Assembly (NCBI GenBank): GCA_965226795.1
Contig: CBDDDZ010000003.1
Location: 128,001-192,000 of the forward strand
Direction: 5' to 3'
Origin: Candidatus Latescibacterota bacterium
Lineage (GTDB): Bacteria; Latescibacterota; UBA2968; GCA-2709665
DNA length: 64,000 nt
Shown here: piece by piece, positions 21,599 through 31,575 of the stretch
Position numbering within the stretch: the stretch's first letter is position 1
Layout: each line of letters opens with the position of its first letter
Program-made: the position numbers and the translations under genes
Notes under the pieces: model-generated
Database searches by the model: none
Told to the model about the DNA's origin: nothing
The model's input: the letters and a program-made list of their open reading frames with translations, nothing else

Positions 21599-21844
21599 AT
21601 GGCGTCAACGGATGAACGTATCAGCATGCTCGTCGCGGATAAACTCGAAGTGGATGGGTAGCCGATAGCGCTGCCGGCGGATCTGAATATCAGCCTCCTT
21701 GATGTGGGCGTATCCTTTCTCGATCTCGTTTCGTTCGCAAGACTCGCCTCACAGGAGTTCAATGTTACGTTTGCTCTCGAAGACTGTGCGAACCTTAACA
21801 CAGTCAAGAGCTTGATCGAACACATCGATTCCCGGTCCGGATGA
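21599..21844 (+). pseudogene. Stand-alone acyl carrier protein (SupB-like) pseudogene
   Basis: MASTDERISMLVADKLEVDG*PIALPADLNISLLDVGVSFLDLVSFARLASQEFNV...; TAG at 21659; GVSF where an ACP has GxxS. Confidence 0.75.
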
Positions 21845-22005
21845 ATCTCGCTGAAGCCCTGCCAATCCACTGCACGGGTGGAGATGTCGTCGGTCCCGTT
21901 CGGAATCTTTCTTCCCGGAGTGCAAAGTGCCGCCTTGGCGAAACACCAGGTATCCCAACACGAGCGACATGCCTTAAGAATCATCCACCGGATTGGACCA
22001 TCCCC

Positions 22006-22584
22006 GTGCGCCGACCCGACCTCCGCCAATTTCAGACGGTTCTCATCTCTGCCGTGCAGCTACTCATCTGCGCTGGCGTGGTCGCGTCGACGCCTGCCGG
22101 TACCGCGGCACAGGAAGGACGCGATGGTAACACCCCGTCGTGGTCCACGACGCTGAAGATAATCCGCGCCGGGTATCCGACTGTCGCGCAGATTTCGACC
22201 GCTACGCTGCAGTCATGGCTCGACAAATCTCCGAACCGGGAAAGCCTCCTGTTGTTCGACGTACGAGCGCCCGAGGAATATGCAGTCAGCCACCTGCCCG
22301 GCGCCCGGCCAGCCCGCTCGAGAGACGAGGCGCTGAGAGCGCTCCAGGGCGTATCCTCGAACCAGCGTATCGTCTTGTACTGTTCCGTCGGGTACCGCTC
22401 TTCGGAACTTGCCCGGTTTCTGGGGAAAAAGGGATATACAGAGGTCTACAATCTGGAGGGATCGATTTTTGCGTGGGCCAACGAGGGGCGACCGGTCTTC
22501 CGGGGAAAAGAACGGGTTAACGTCGTCCATCGCTATGACAGACATTGGGGTAGATTGTTGAAAAAATCGCTGCGCTATCCGTAA
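22006..22584 (+). CDS. Rhodanese-like domain protein with signal peptide (start uncertain)
   Basis: DVRAPEEYAVSHLPGA, YCSVGYRS, NLEGSIFAW. Confidence 0.85.
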   Translation: MRRPDLRQFQTVLISAVQLLICAGVVASTPAGTAAQEGRDGNTPSWSTTLKIIRAGYPTVAQISTATLQSWLDKSPNRESLLLFDVRAPEEYAVSHLPGARPARSRDEALRALQGVSSNQRIVLYCSVGYRSSELARFLGKKGYTEVYNLEGSIFAWANEGRPVFRGKERVNVVHRYDRHWGRLLKKSLRYP

Positions 22585-22690
22585 GAAACGTCTTCGGCCT
22601 TCGGGTACCCGGTGGCTTACACTGTGCTGCGCCCATCAGACCCGATACAAGCCAACAGACAAACTCATATAAGATAGCCAATAGACCACA

Positions 22691-23374
22691 GTGAAACTGA
22701 TCGTTACAAACGACGACGGCATCGAGGCGGAAGGTCTCAATACACTGGTTCGTCTGGCATCGCGGTGGGGCGAGGTCATCGTAACCGCGCCGGCGGAGCC
22801 TCAGTCTGGCGTTGGACATCGTTTGACAACCGACAGGCCCATTCGGGTGGAGAAACTGACGGAAGCGCGTTACCGGATATGGGGCACGCCCGTAGACTGT
22901 ACACGCCTGGCCCTGAGTCGCCTGGCATCCGACGGCGACTGGGTACTCTCGGGTATCAATGACGGAGGCAATCTTGGGGTGGATGTTTACGAATCCGGTA
23001 CCGTAGCGGCGGCCCGCGAGGCGGCTATTCACGGGTGTAAGGCCATCGCCCTGTCCCACTATACCGTGAAGGACCGGCCGATCGACTGGCGACTGGCCGC
23101 CGAACGGCTCCAACCGGTTCTGGACAGCGTACTGAATGAGACATTTGAAGCAGGATGTTTTCTCAACGTGAATCTGCCCCATCCTGAACACGACAGGGTT
23201 CGTCTGGAAACAAGGTACGCCCCTGTGGACACGAGCCCTCACCTGAACACGTTCTCGCGAAACGAAAACGGCTTTCAGTACACGGGCGTTTATCAAGACC
23301 GCCCGCGACAACCCGGCAGCGACATTGAAGCCTGTTTCAATGGACGTATCTCGCTATCCAGGATTCCCGTCTGA
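22691..23374 (+). CDS. surE: 5'/3'-nucleotidase SurE
   Basis: VTNDDGI, GTPVDC, SGINDGGNLG..VYESGT. Confidence 0.92.
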   Translation: MKLIVTNDDGIEAEGLNTLVRLASRWGEVIVTAPAEPQSGVGHRLTTDRPIRVEKLTEARYRIWGTPVDCTRLALSRLASDGDWVLSGINDGGNLGVDVYESGTVAAAREAAIHGCKAIALSHYTVKDRPIDWRLAAERLQPVLDSVLNETFEAGCFLNVNLPHPEHDRVRLETRYAPVDTSPHLNTFSRNENGFQYTGVYQDRPRQPGSDIEACFNGRISLSRIPV

Positions 23375-23480
23375 CTGGATGGCATCTTCTGTACGGGTTC
23401 GCTCAGACAACTGCCAATTCATTGAATGGGTCTCCACGATAATCGATTCAGAAAATCGCGGACCCAACCCGGGAGGCCCC

Positions 23481-24323
23481 ATGCCCCAACATTCCAAATC
23501 GAGCATCGGACTCGACAATCCCTGGTACCCGGAGGGAGGTCCAGGCCGGCATCTCAAAGCCCGGCTCAAGCGAGGGGACGTGTTGATCGGCGCGACGCTG
23601 GAAGCGTATGCCCATCCTTCCCTCATCAAGTTGTTCCAGCACGCCGGTTTCGACTTCGTCTACATCGAGTACGAGCACAGCCTCTTCGACCTGCAGGACC
23701 TGTCCGACACCATCCTCTCCGCCCGCGACAACGGTTTGCCAGTCATCGCCAAGACGCCCCAGCTGGAACGCCAGGAGGTCTCGAAATTGCTGGAAGCAGG
23801 AGTGGTGGGAATTCAGCTTCCCAGAACGGAAACCCGGGAGCAGGTTCAGCGCCTGCTGAGCTACCTGAAATTTCCCCCGGCGGGAACCCGGGCCGTGGCG
23901 CCGGGTTGGGGAAACAGCGACTACAGGGCAGTCACGGACTGGAAGGGCTGGATGGACGAACAGGACCAGGAGACCACGCTGGTGGTGCATCTGGAAACGG
24001 TTAGGGGTTACCGGAACGCTGAGGAGATTCTGAGCCTGCCCGGGGTCGACATGTGCTTCGTGGGACCCGGCGACACCTCTATCGAGTTCGGACACCCCGG
24101 CGACTTCGATCACCCTGAGGTACGGGGTCCGATGGAATCGGTTCTGGAACTCTGCAAAAAGTACGGCGTGGCCTTCGGCACCATGCCCCCGAATGGCGTC
24201 GCCGCGGGCAAGTGGGCCCGTAAGGGAGCCACCTTCTTCGAAGTCGAGTCGGAATTGGGGTTCATCCGGGCGGGAGCCGCGGCTCTGTTGGAGGACTACC
24301 GGAGACACCGCGACACAGAATAG
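23481..24323 (+). CDS. HpcH/HpaI aldolase family protein
   Basis: AGFDFVYIEYEH, FPPAGTR, HLET, FVGPGD. Confidence 0.85.
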   Translation: MPQHSKSSIGLDNPWYPEGGPGRHLKARLKRGDVLIGATLEAYAHPSLIKLFQHAGFDFVYIEYEHSLFDLQDLSDTILSARDNGLPVIAKTPQLERQEVSKLLEAGVVGIQLPRTETREQVQRLLSYLKFPPAGTRAVAPGWGNSDYRAVTDWKGWMDEQDQETTLVVHLETVRGYRNAEEILSLPGVDMCFVGPGDTSIEFGHPGDFDHPEVRGPMESVLELCKKYGVAFGTMPPNGVAAGKWARKGATFFEVESELGFIRAGAAALLEDYRRHRDTE

Positions 24324-24596
24324 GGAACCGCCCTACCCTGAACGCTCAGCAAATGCATAGTTATCCCGCACTACGAATTTCGTGCATCCCGGGCTGACCC
24401 CATCACGGCCAAGCCCTCTGTACGCGCAACGACTATCAGGCGCGGCGGCCTCCCCCGCCGGATATTCTCCCCCCGGCTCCAACAGACTCGCCAGCGTCTC
24501 CTCACCCGCTGAGCGCATCCTCCTCTCGCGCCGGCGTTATTCCGCCTGAGAGTTCTGTCCATCCATTACTCGGGTTTGCTCGACAATCCGCAACGA

Positions 24597-24690
24597 AAAA
24601 GCCCTTTTAAAATCCCATGCGGGTCGCCCGCGTGCCTGCCACACTTACGCTCGCGTTCTGCCCGTAAATCGGAATTTTAAAAAGGCTTCT
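24597..24690. mobile_element. MITE-like element, family B (degenerate)
   Basis: 20-bp imperfect TIR AAAAGCCCTTTTAAAATCCC...GGAATTTTAAAAAGGCTTCT. Confidence 0.55.
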
Positions 24691-24824
24691 TTGAGTTCAA
24701 CGGCCGCCTGTTCCGACCTTACCATTCAACTTCCCGGACACATTCCCCGCACGACCATGCCGGTGGTCGCTGGATGATGGCTCCCTTATCTTTTCCCAGG
24801 CATCCGGCAGGATCGGAACAATCG

Positions 24825-25106
24825 TTATTGCCGCTTATCGACGACCTCACTGAGCGAGTCTTCGGCCATGCTGAACAGCCCTGCCAGGTACTGCTTGCGC
24901 AACAGGTTCAATTCCGTAACCCTCTTCCACAGAACTTCCTCAATCACAGCGACTGCTTCCTCGCGCACCTCGGATGAGAGGGTGTTGTCATTCCTGAATT
25001 CGTATTTATCAATCGTGAATTCATCGATGTCCGATATGTTATCACCGACGATTTCCATATCGACCGCGCTTTTCATAAATCCGATTTTTTCGCCATCAGT
25101 GTTCAT
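24825..25106 (-). CDS. Hypothetical protein (93 aa, acidic)
   Basis: GGAG RBS, follows the STAS gene in the same orientation. Confidence 0.6.
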   Translation of the reverse strand: MNTDGEKIGFMKSAVDMEIVGDNISDIDEFTIDKYEFRNDNTLSSEVREEAVAVIEEVLWKRVTELNLLRKQYLAGLFSMAEDSLSEVVDKRQ

Positions 25107-25175
25107 CTCGTTACTCCGATTCGGTTGGGTACGTCTTCTGTTTTACAGATGAATAGTATTCATGAACGATGCAGG

Positions 25176-25523
25176 TCAGCTACTTTTGAACGCTTTTATT
25201 GCCTCAGCCCGAGACCCATAAATGTTGATGATCTGATTAAAACCGCTGACTGAAATGACCTCACGAACCGAATCGGCGAGTGTGCAAATTCCAAATTGTT
25301 TTCCAGGCTCTTTGAATTTCCAGGCGACGATCACACCAACACGGAGCCCCGCGCTGCTGATAAAGGAGACCTGCTCGAAATCCAGAATCAAGGCATCGTC
25401 GTCAGGGCCAATTGCAGACTCGATAATATTCTGATATTTATCGGCGTTACTGCCGTCGATTCGACCCGCCAGAATCGCGATCAGGATTCCGTCTTCACGC
25501 TCCCACTTGACGTCCACGCCCAT
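25176..25523 (-). CDS. STAS domain anti-sigma factor antagonist
   Basis: LAGRID, LILDFEQVSFISSAGLR, VREVISVSGF. Confidence 0.9.
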   Translation of the reverse strand: MGVDVKWEREDGILIAILAGRIDGSNADKYQNIIESAIGPDDDALILDFEQVSFISSAGLRVGVIVAWKFKEPGKQFGICTLADSVREVISVSGFNQIINIYGSRAEAIKAFKSS

Positions 25524-25697
25524 TTAACTCTACCTCCGAAATTAAGGTCGCTTCATACAACATCACAGGCTATTCGTAGAGGACTCCGTATTGACTATTA
25601 TAATGGAATTGCGGGTAAAAACAACCCCGCATACGTTAAATACCTGTTCGAAGCTACGGCGCCCGGAGGATACGCTGTCTCAACCGAGCGGCCACTT

Positions 25698-26432
25698 TCA
25701 ATACCGCCAGTCGGCGTATCCCAGTGGCGCACGGTTGAGTTCATCCTGATGATTGCGCCAAAGTGGCATGAACCTGTCCATCAGCTTCCGAAAACGATCG
25801 TTGTGACGGCGCTCAATCAAGTGGACCATCTCATGTACAACGACGTATTCAAGGCACGATGCCGGTTTCTTCGCCAGTTCGAGATTCAGCCAGATTCGGC
25901 AAGCATCCGGGTTGCAGGTCCCCCAGCGGGTCTTCATCTTTCTGATACGAGCCTCATTGACCCGCACACCCATTTCGGGCTCCCATTTCGCAACAAGCAC
26001 CGGTAGCCGATCACGGAGATGGCGTCGGTACCATCGATCGAGTACGGCCTCTCTGATATTCCGGGCGGCACCCGGTCGAACGCACATCGTCATGGTAGAA
26101 TTATTGAAGAGACGAACCACAGGTGGGCCGTCCCGTTCCGTTACATCGAGCCGGTAGCGCCTGCCCTCGAAAAAGTGGCTTTCACCTGTCGCAAATTCCC
26201 GCAGGGACTGGCGATCCTGCTGCTGGAATTTCGCCTTTTGCCGACAAATCCAGCCGAGGCGGGAAATGACAGCCATGCGCACCGCGTCATCATCAAGACG
26301 GAGCGGAGCGGCCACCCTTACCCGACCGTTCGGCGGATATACACCTATGTAAAGGTTTTTGATGTCCTTGTGGACGACGTTTACCGCAGTCCCGTGTACC
26401 TCGATTATGTAGGTTTTCCTCTCAGTATTCAC
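25698..26432 (-). CDS. M48/YgjP (DUF45) metallopeptidase, Type I R-M associated
   Basis: MKTRWGTCN, YVVVHEMVH, HNDRF. Confidence 0.9.
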   Translation of the reverse strand: MNTERKTYIIEVHGTAVNVVHKDIKNLYIGVYPPNGRVRVAAPLRLDDDAVRMAVISRLGWICRQKAKFQQQDRQSLREFATGESHFFEGRRYRLDVTERDGPPVVRLFNNSTMTMCVRPGAARNIREAVLDRWYRRHLRDRLPVLVAKWEPEMGVRVNEARIRKMKTRWGTCNPDACRIWLNLELAKKPASCLEYVVVHEMVHLIERRHNDRFRKLMDRFMPLWRNHQDELNRAPLGYADWRY

Positions 26433-26480
26433 TCTGCGCCTTTACAATCTCGAATATGTGGTACACGAGATCCTCGTTTT
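26422..26480 (-). pseudogene. hsdR: HsdR C-terminal remnant
   Basis: NEDLVYHIFEIVKAQSEY* overlapping the M48 start, as is usual for hsdR-M48 pairs. Confidence 0.55.
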
Positions 26481-26533
26481 GCCTCGGCACAGCTCCAGCA
26501 CGGCGGTCTCAGCAAGTTCCCCGAAGTTATGGT

Positions 26534-27310
26534 TCATCCCGAGATGGTCTCGTTCAGAAAGCGCATTATCCTCTTTTGGTTTGCGGTGAGGCTGGAGAAT
26601 TGCTTCTCGCAGACGTCGCTGAAGCGCGCCAAAACTTTGCGATTGATCGACTCCTGGTCTTCAAAAATGGCAAGTGAACGAAACGGGATTTCCCACCGTT
26701 CGAATTGGAGAAGCGCGATTGTAGCGTCGCGGGTCCTGCCGTCACCAGCAAGTGCATGAACGAACAACGGCCGGTGCAAACCGTTGACTCGACAGTCCAC
26801 GGTGTACATCCCTTGAGGATCATGTTCAGGATCGCTCCATTCAAAACTCCTGCGCTCTTCCGGAATGGCTTCACTCATCACCGTACGAAAATCGTCCATA
26901 AATGTGGACCGAACCCGTTCCCTCGAAAGGTACGACACGTCGGATATCTTGAGTAGCCCCTGAACGAACGAATACAGCGCGTCACCGTAACGCTCCTCCG
27001 GTACGTCGAGTACTAACTCTCCATCGCGGTCCTCGATCTGAAACATGGACAGTGCATTGGAGATGATTTTTTGACGCGTGCCGCTATGAAGATCCTTCTC
27101 ATCGATGTCGTAAGTCAGATGCATGTACGTATGCGCCTCATCGGAAAGCACCCAACGCGCTCCGTCCTTCCTTAGAACGATGCCCAGGTGATCACCATCG
27201 TCGAACTGGAACGGGGTGAACACGCGGAACCGTTCCATACCCTCGGCTGCAAGCCGAATCTTCGACGAAACCTTCTCGTGAAATTCTCTCTCTATGGTCT
27301 GGACGGACAT
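26534..27310 (-). CDS. DUF1828-like domain protein
   Basis: VFTPFQFDDGD, WVLSDEAHT motifs; intact 258 aa. Confidence 0.75.
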   Translation of the reverse strand: MSVQTIEREFHEKVSSKIRLAAEGMERFRVFTPFQFDDGDHLGIVLRKDGARWVLSDEAHTYMHLTYDIDEKDLHSGTRQKIISNALSMFQIEDRDGELVLDVPEERYGDALYSFVQGLLKISDVSYLSRERVRSTFMDDFRTVMSEAIPEERRSFEWSDPEHDPQGMYTVDCRVNGLHRPLFVHALAGDGRTRDATIALLQFERWEIPFRSLAIFEDQESINRKVLARFSDVCEKQFSSLTANQKRIMRFLNETISG

Positions 27311-27313
27311 TGC

Positions 27314-27848
27314 TTACTTCTCCTCAAATAGGTCGCTCTGCGGCTCCGGCGGTATCTCAAGATTCGCATCGGCAATCAGACAGCGAAGGGCGCCATGAAA
27401 GTCTCCGTAACGGTCGGTTGGCTCGGCGTAGGCGCAGAAGAAGCGTAGGTAGGCGGTGGTGTCACGTGGCGGCTCGACCGGGGCGATTGCAAAGTCGTTA
27501 TTGCCGGGATTCTCCCAATCGATCAGCCAGACAGTGACGTTCGGTTCGCCAACGTGCGGCCGGACTTTCACGCCGTAGCGGAGCAGGTCATATACCTCGC
27601 GGTTGGCTTCATATAGAGTCTTGCTGCCACCAAGCGCCGCTGCCTTGTCCAGTTCACGTAGCACCTTGTCGATAACCCTGTCGCCGTGCCCATTGCGCTT
27701 CAGCCAGTCGGTGAGCAGTCCATTCTCGATATTTTTATTATCGGTGCGTTCATGCCAGTTGCCGAGATAGATGCACCCAAGCGCATCCCGGAAGAAGGCG
27801 ATCACCCGTCGCTGTGTAAGGATTTCCCTTTGGGCCGACGATGTTCAT
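27314..27848 (-). pseudogene. hsdR: HsdR N-terminal remnant fused to internal and unrelated fragments
   Basis: (M)NIVGQREILTQRRVI (frameshift), LYEANREVYDLLRYGVKV, WLIDWENPGNNDFAIA then abruptly PVEPPRDTTAYLRFFCA; helicase motifs absent. Confidence 0.8.
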
Positions 27849-27884
27849 GCCTGTTCGATCCCTAGCTTCGGACCTGAAACGTGC

Positions 27885-28556
27885 TTAAATCACGCTGCCG
27901 TGGAACGCCAAGAATGCGTGACACAACTCAATCGGTGAAGTGCCCTCACGCGGATGGCGGCTGGCCCAAGCCGACGAGTCGGTAACCAAATCCAACGGTT
28001 TCAGATTTTCGTCATAGCGTGACCTGCTATTCAAGTTGTCGTTAATACCGGCGGCACCAGCATTCGCGTCGCCAGAGATCAGGTATCCGATCATGAACCC
28101 AGTGGAGTGGTTCCCCGAGTACTTGCCGGTTCGGAAGCGGTCAATGCCTTCCACGACGTACTCGCGGCAGAGGTGGGCGTTGTTGCCGGCGATGCGCTTG
28201 CATTCGATGATCGCGTGGGGATCGTGTTCGCCGAAACGGAGGAAGATCTCGATCCACAGAATCGGAATGTCGGTTCTACCATCTGGCAACAGTACATCAG
28301 GACGGGACCGGGATTCGGTTCCAGGAAGCACTATCATCGTCTTCCACGGCAGCATTCCAGAATCCAACGCACAACGCATACCATCGCGCAGCCGTTCCGT
28401 GATTTCTACTTCGCCGGTGTCCGTATTGACGTCCGGTGACTGTAACACAAACCTCCAGCCGACCTTGACCGTTCGCAGGATCGCCGTGACGATATCAGGT
28501 CCAAGATCAATGAACCGGCGGCCAGCGGTCGCCGTAACATCAAACGGCAACTTCAT
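27885..28556 (-). CDS. Putative PD-(D/E)xK-like nuclease (223 aa)
   Basis: PDGRTDI...IIECKRI, YVVEGIDRF..GKY; ATGA-coupled to upstream MTase. Confidence 0.65.
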   Translation of the reverse strand: MKLPFDVTATAGRRFIDLGPDIVTAILRTVKVGWRFVLQSPDVNTDTGEVEITERLRDGMRCALDSGMLPWKTMIVLPGTESRSRPDVLLPDGRTDIPILWIEIFLRFGEHDPHAIIECKRIAGNNAHLCREYVVEGIDRFRTGKYSGNHSTGFMIGYLISGDANAGAAGINDNLNSRSRYDENLKPLDLVTDSSAWASRHPREGTSPIELCHAFLAFHGSVI

Positions 28557-31498
28557 TCGGGGATCCCAGAGAAGCTCTCGGCAACAACCGAATCCGCGTC
28601 TTCCAGTGCCGAAACGCCCATCCAGTGCCTGCGAGCAGCCGGTTTAATGATCACAACCTCGTTGTGACCATGTACACGGAGTTCGCGCTGGCCGACTATG
28701 GAGCTTGCAAGCGGAACAGCCAGACGTTCGCCAATCTGGTCGAGGATGCCTCGAAGGTCTCCATCTGTTTCGATAACTTCCAATTCATTAGGTTCCGGTT
28801 TCTCAGAGCGGTCTTCGAGAATGAATCGAACAACCCTGAGTGGCGCACGTTCAGAAAGATCGAAGACTTCGGCGCGCATACAGCGTCGATTCGCCGAGGA
28901 GAGCCAGACCCCCACCGTCGCCAGGAATGTACGTGCATAGTTCAGAACCTGGCCAATATTGGCCGCTTCCACGGAAGCGTCCCTGCCGGCCTTCCATTGC
29001 CAACTTGCGCGAAATAGACCATCGCGTGCGACAATACGATCGGCTTCGTCCAAACCATACAGGTCGAAGACAGCCTCATCGAGCGTTCGCCAATCGGAAG
29101 CGGATGGAGAGCTTTTTTGCAGATCCCGGGAAAGCTGCGTAAGGTGTTTGCCGGCCTCGGAACGCAGGGCCGTTGCGAGATCGGGAACCGGCATGTGTTC
29201 GATGTCTTGAAGCAAGATCCGGCGCATCCACAGTCCGAAAGCGGAAGCGGTCATCAGGAAGAACCAGGATGAAAGCGACGAACTCAGAATCGTGGCAAGC
29301 AGGTGGGCGGCCTCGCTCCACGCCGATGGAAGCGCCGCACCAAAGATTGAATTGCTGAATACCGTATCTCGATCAGCTACGGCAACGACGGGACGACCGT
29401 CGCGCCTTACGAACTCCTTGACGAGCAGTAGCGGTGCTCGGTAGATGTCGCGACTACGCGGCCACTGAGCCTTCGGAGCGTTAAACGAGTCTAAACCGTC
29501 CGGCACAGAGAACGGTCGAAGACTGGTCGCATTCAAGAGTGGGAGTCCATGAAGAAAACTCGAGTCGCGACTTCGATCACCTAACGTCAGCCCGGTGCGA
29601 AGTCGTGCATCGAATTTGTTGAGTTGGTCGCCCAGGGTTGGATGATGCGATGTCAGCCGGTCCAGCAACGATAAATCGCGGTGAGAACCGAAAAACGCTG
29701 CCTTCAGAAATTCCGGCTTTCTCTTCCAGTCACGCACCGGAAGTGTGATAATATCGCTTGGTGCAATTTCGAACGTATGGCTTCTCGCCCCGACTGGCGA
29801 CCAAGGCACCTGAACAGCGGTAATAGTGTCTTGTGGCAATGGCCGGTGCCGTGCAAAGAAGACAATCGCGGGCATCTTACTCTTGGGAAACAACCAAACC
29901 GCCTGATTCGACAGATTAACCAGCGTCACTGGCGACAGCTTCTCAATGATTTGACGCGTTGCGGACGCGCCAGTCTCGCTTCGGCCGAAAAACTGAACAG
30001 CGCTAAGAACCAGACCGAATCTTGTATCCTCGGAGGCAAAATCCATGGCACGGAATACGAAGTCCAGGCTTTCACCTCGTGGCGGAAGCACGCCCTTCGG
30101 TCCACCTCGGATACTGCGCGCGACGGTGGTCGCTTTGCCTCGATAGCTCCATGGTGGATTGCCGACGATAACATTGAACTTCCTCCACACACTCCTTTCG
30201 GTCAGCGCAGCCAGCCCGTCAGGCGATCTCTGGTCATCCCAGACGTCACCGACGATAAGCGTTTTTCCAATTAGTGGCTTGAATTTCAGCGACTCTGGCG
30301 AATGGGGGTATGGGTCGAGCTCCAACGCCGCCAAGTACAGACTGAACGCGGCAACCCGCACTGCAGCTTCACTTATGTCCATACCGTAAATTTGTTGGTG
30401 CAGCGTGGTACGAATTACTTCACGATTTGGCTGACACCCGTTCGATCGAAGATAGACCAGCCTTCGAAAGGCTTCAACAAGGAAGACACCTGACCCGCAA
30501 GTAAGATCGAGTACGGTTTCTTCGCCAGAGAGTCCTTCCATGGTCTCATCCAGTACCAGGGAAACGAGCGACAGCCGGGTATAGAAAACATCTCTTCGGA
30601 GATTGGTGTTGGGCGTCGACGGGGTAGAGTGGGTGAACTGTTCGTAGATTGAGCTAATCAGTTCCACCGGTATGACGTCGAACTGATAAGGAAAAAGTGT
30701 GGTCTGTCGCGACTGGGGATGCACACCTTCAAGGAAGTCTGCAACCCTACGCAGATGCTTGGGCCTCGGGGCAGTTGATCCTTGCAAAGGAAACATGTCG
30801 CCATTGAAACTATCTCGAAGCCAATCGAACAACCGCTCCGTGGCATGCGGATCTCGCAGAATGGATGGAAAGGACCGGCGCCCGTAATCGCTCACAAGGA
30901 AAGGCTCCGTGATTATGCCGCGATCAATCAAATACTGGGTGAATATCGACCGGCCAATCAATCCCTGGGCATCCGGGCGGTCCAACGTTGCTTCCACGAG
31001 GTCTCGCTCAAGATCCGCAAGGTCGTTTAGAAGCTGCCGGTCCACGCTGGTCTTTCGGTCAACGGAGGGCGCATGTTGCCAGAATTGTCCCGTTTCCATA
31101 GCTAGGCGGCCGGCAAAAGCATCGAGATCGTTCAACTCACTATCGATCATTTTGAATGTACGCAGCCGGTGCACTTCAGCATCCTCTGTCTCTTGGGGAC
31201 GCCCGAAGCCGTTGTATAAATCGATCCGATGCGGTGCAACCACCCATAGCAACGGTGCGAAACCCTGATTCCAGATTTCTTTGCGCCACCGTTCTACCTG
31301 CTCAGCAGATGGGTCTTTCCGTTCCAGTTTGAAGTAGACGGTGAGCGCCGAGTCGCTACGCCACAAGGCGTCGGGCTTAAACTCCCTGGCCTGGCATCTG
31401 GTACGCGCATCGTCTTCCAGATACACACCATGTGCAGGTTCACCATTCTGCAAATAGCCTGTGGCTTCAAGTACTTTACTTAAGGATTGGGCGATCAT
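28553..31498 (-). CDS. Large N6-adenine DNA methyltransferase (Type IIG/Eco57I-like architecture)
   Basis: IPVELISSIYEQF, FYT, LDLTCGSGVFL (motif I), IVGNPPW (motif IV), C-terminal TRD-like region. Confidence 0.9.
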   Translation of the reverse strand: MIAQSLSKVLEATGYLQNGEPAHGVYLEDDARTRCQAREFKPDALWRSDSALTVYFKLERKDPSAEQVERWRKEIWNQGFAPLLWVVAPHRIDLYNGFGRPQETEDAEVHRLRTFKMIDSELNDLDAFAGRLAMETGQFWQHAPSVDRKTSVDRQLLNDLADLERDLVEATLDRPDAQGLIGRSIFTQYLIDRGIITEPFLVSDYGRRSFPSILRDPHATERLFDWLRDSFNGDMFPLQGSTAPRPKHLRRVADFLEGVHPQSRQTTLFPYQFDVIPVELISSIYEQFTHSTPSTPNTNLRRDVFYTRLSLVSLVLDETMEGLSGEETVLDLTCGSGVFLVEAFRRLVYLRSNGCQPNREVIRTTLHQQIYGMDISEAAVRVAAFSLYLAALELDPYPHSPESLKFKPLIGKTLIVGDVWDDQRSPDGLAALTERSVWRKFNVIVGNPPWSYRGKATTVARSIRGGPKGVLPPRGESLDFVFRAMDFASEDTRFGLVLSAVQFFGRSETGASATRQIIEKLSPVTLVNLSNQAVWLFPKSKMPAIVFFARHRPLPQDTITAVQVPWSPVGARSHTFEIAPSDIITLPVRDWKRKPEFLKAAFFGSHRDLSLLDRLTSHHPTLGDQLNKFDARLRTGLTLGDRSRDSSFLHGLPLLNATSLRPFSVPDGLDSFNAPKAQWPRSRDIYRAPLLLVKEFVRRDGRPVVAVADRDTVFSNSIFGAALPSAWSEAAHLLATILSSSLSSWFFLMTASAFGLWMRRILLQDIEHMPVPDLATALRSEAGKHLTQLSRDLQKSSPSASDWRTLDEAVFDLYGLDEADRIVARDGLFRASWQWKAGRDASVEAANIGQVLNYARTFLATVGVWLSSANRRCMRAEVFDLSERAPLRVVRFILEDRSEKPEPNELEVIETDGDLRGILDQIGERLAVPLASSIVGQRELRVHGHNEVVIIKPAARRHWMGVSALEDADSVVAESFSGIPE

Positions 31499-31546
31499 CT
31501 GCGCTTCCTCACTAACGCGAATCCCATTGAGACGATATTTTACACT

Positions 31547-31575
31547 ATTATAGTCACAATGGGCTTGACATTCAA
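31547..31575 (-). promoter_or_regulatory. Sigma70 promoter of MTase-nuclease pair
   Basis: TTGAAT-17nt-TATAAT, 48 nt before ATG 31498. Confidence 0.65.

Noticed and set aside
24333..24562. Short minus-strand ORFs after the aldolase
   Set aside because: No recognisable motif or RBS; possibly a remnant but unsupported
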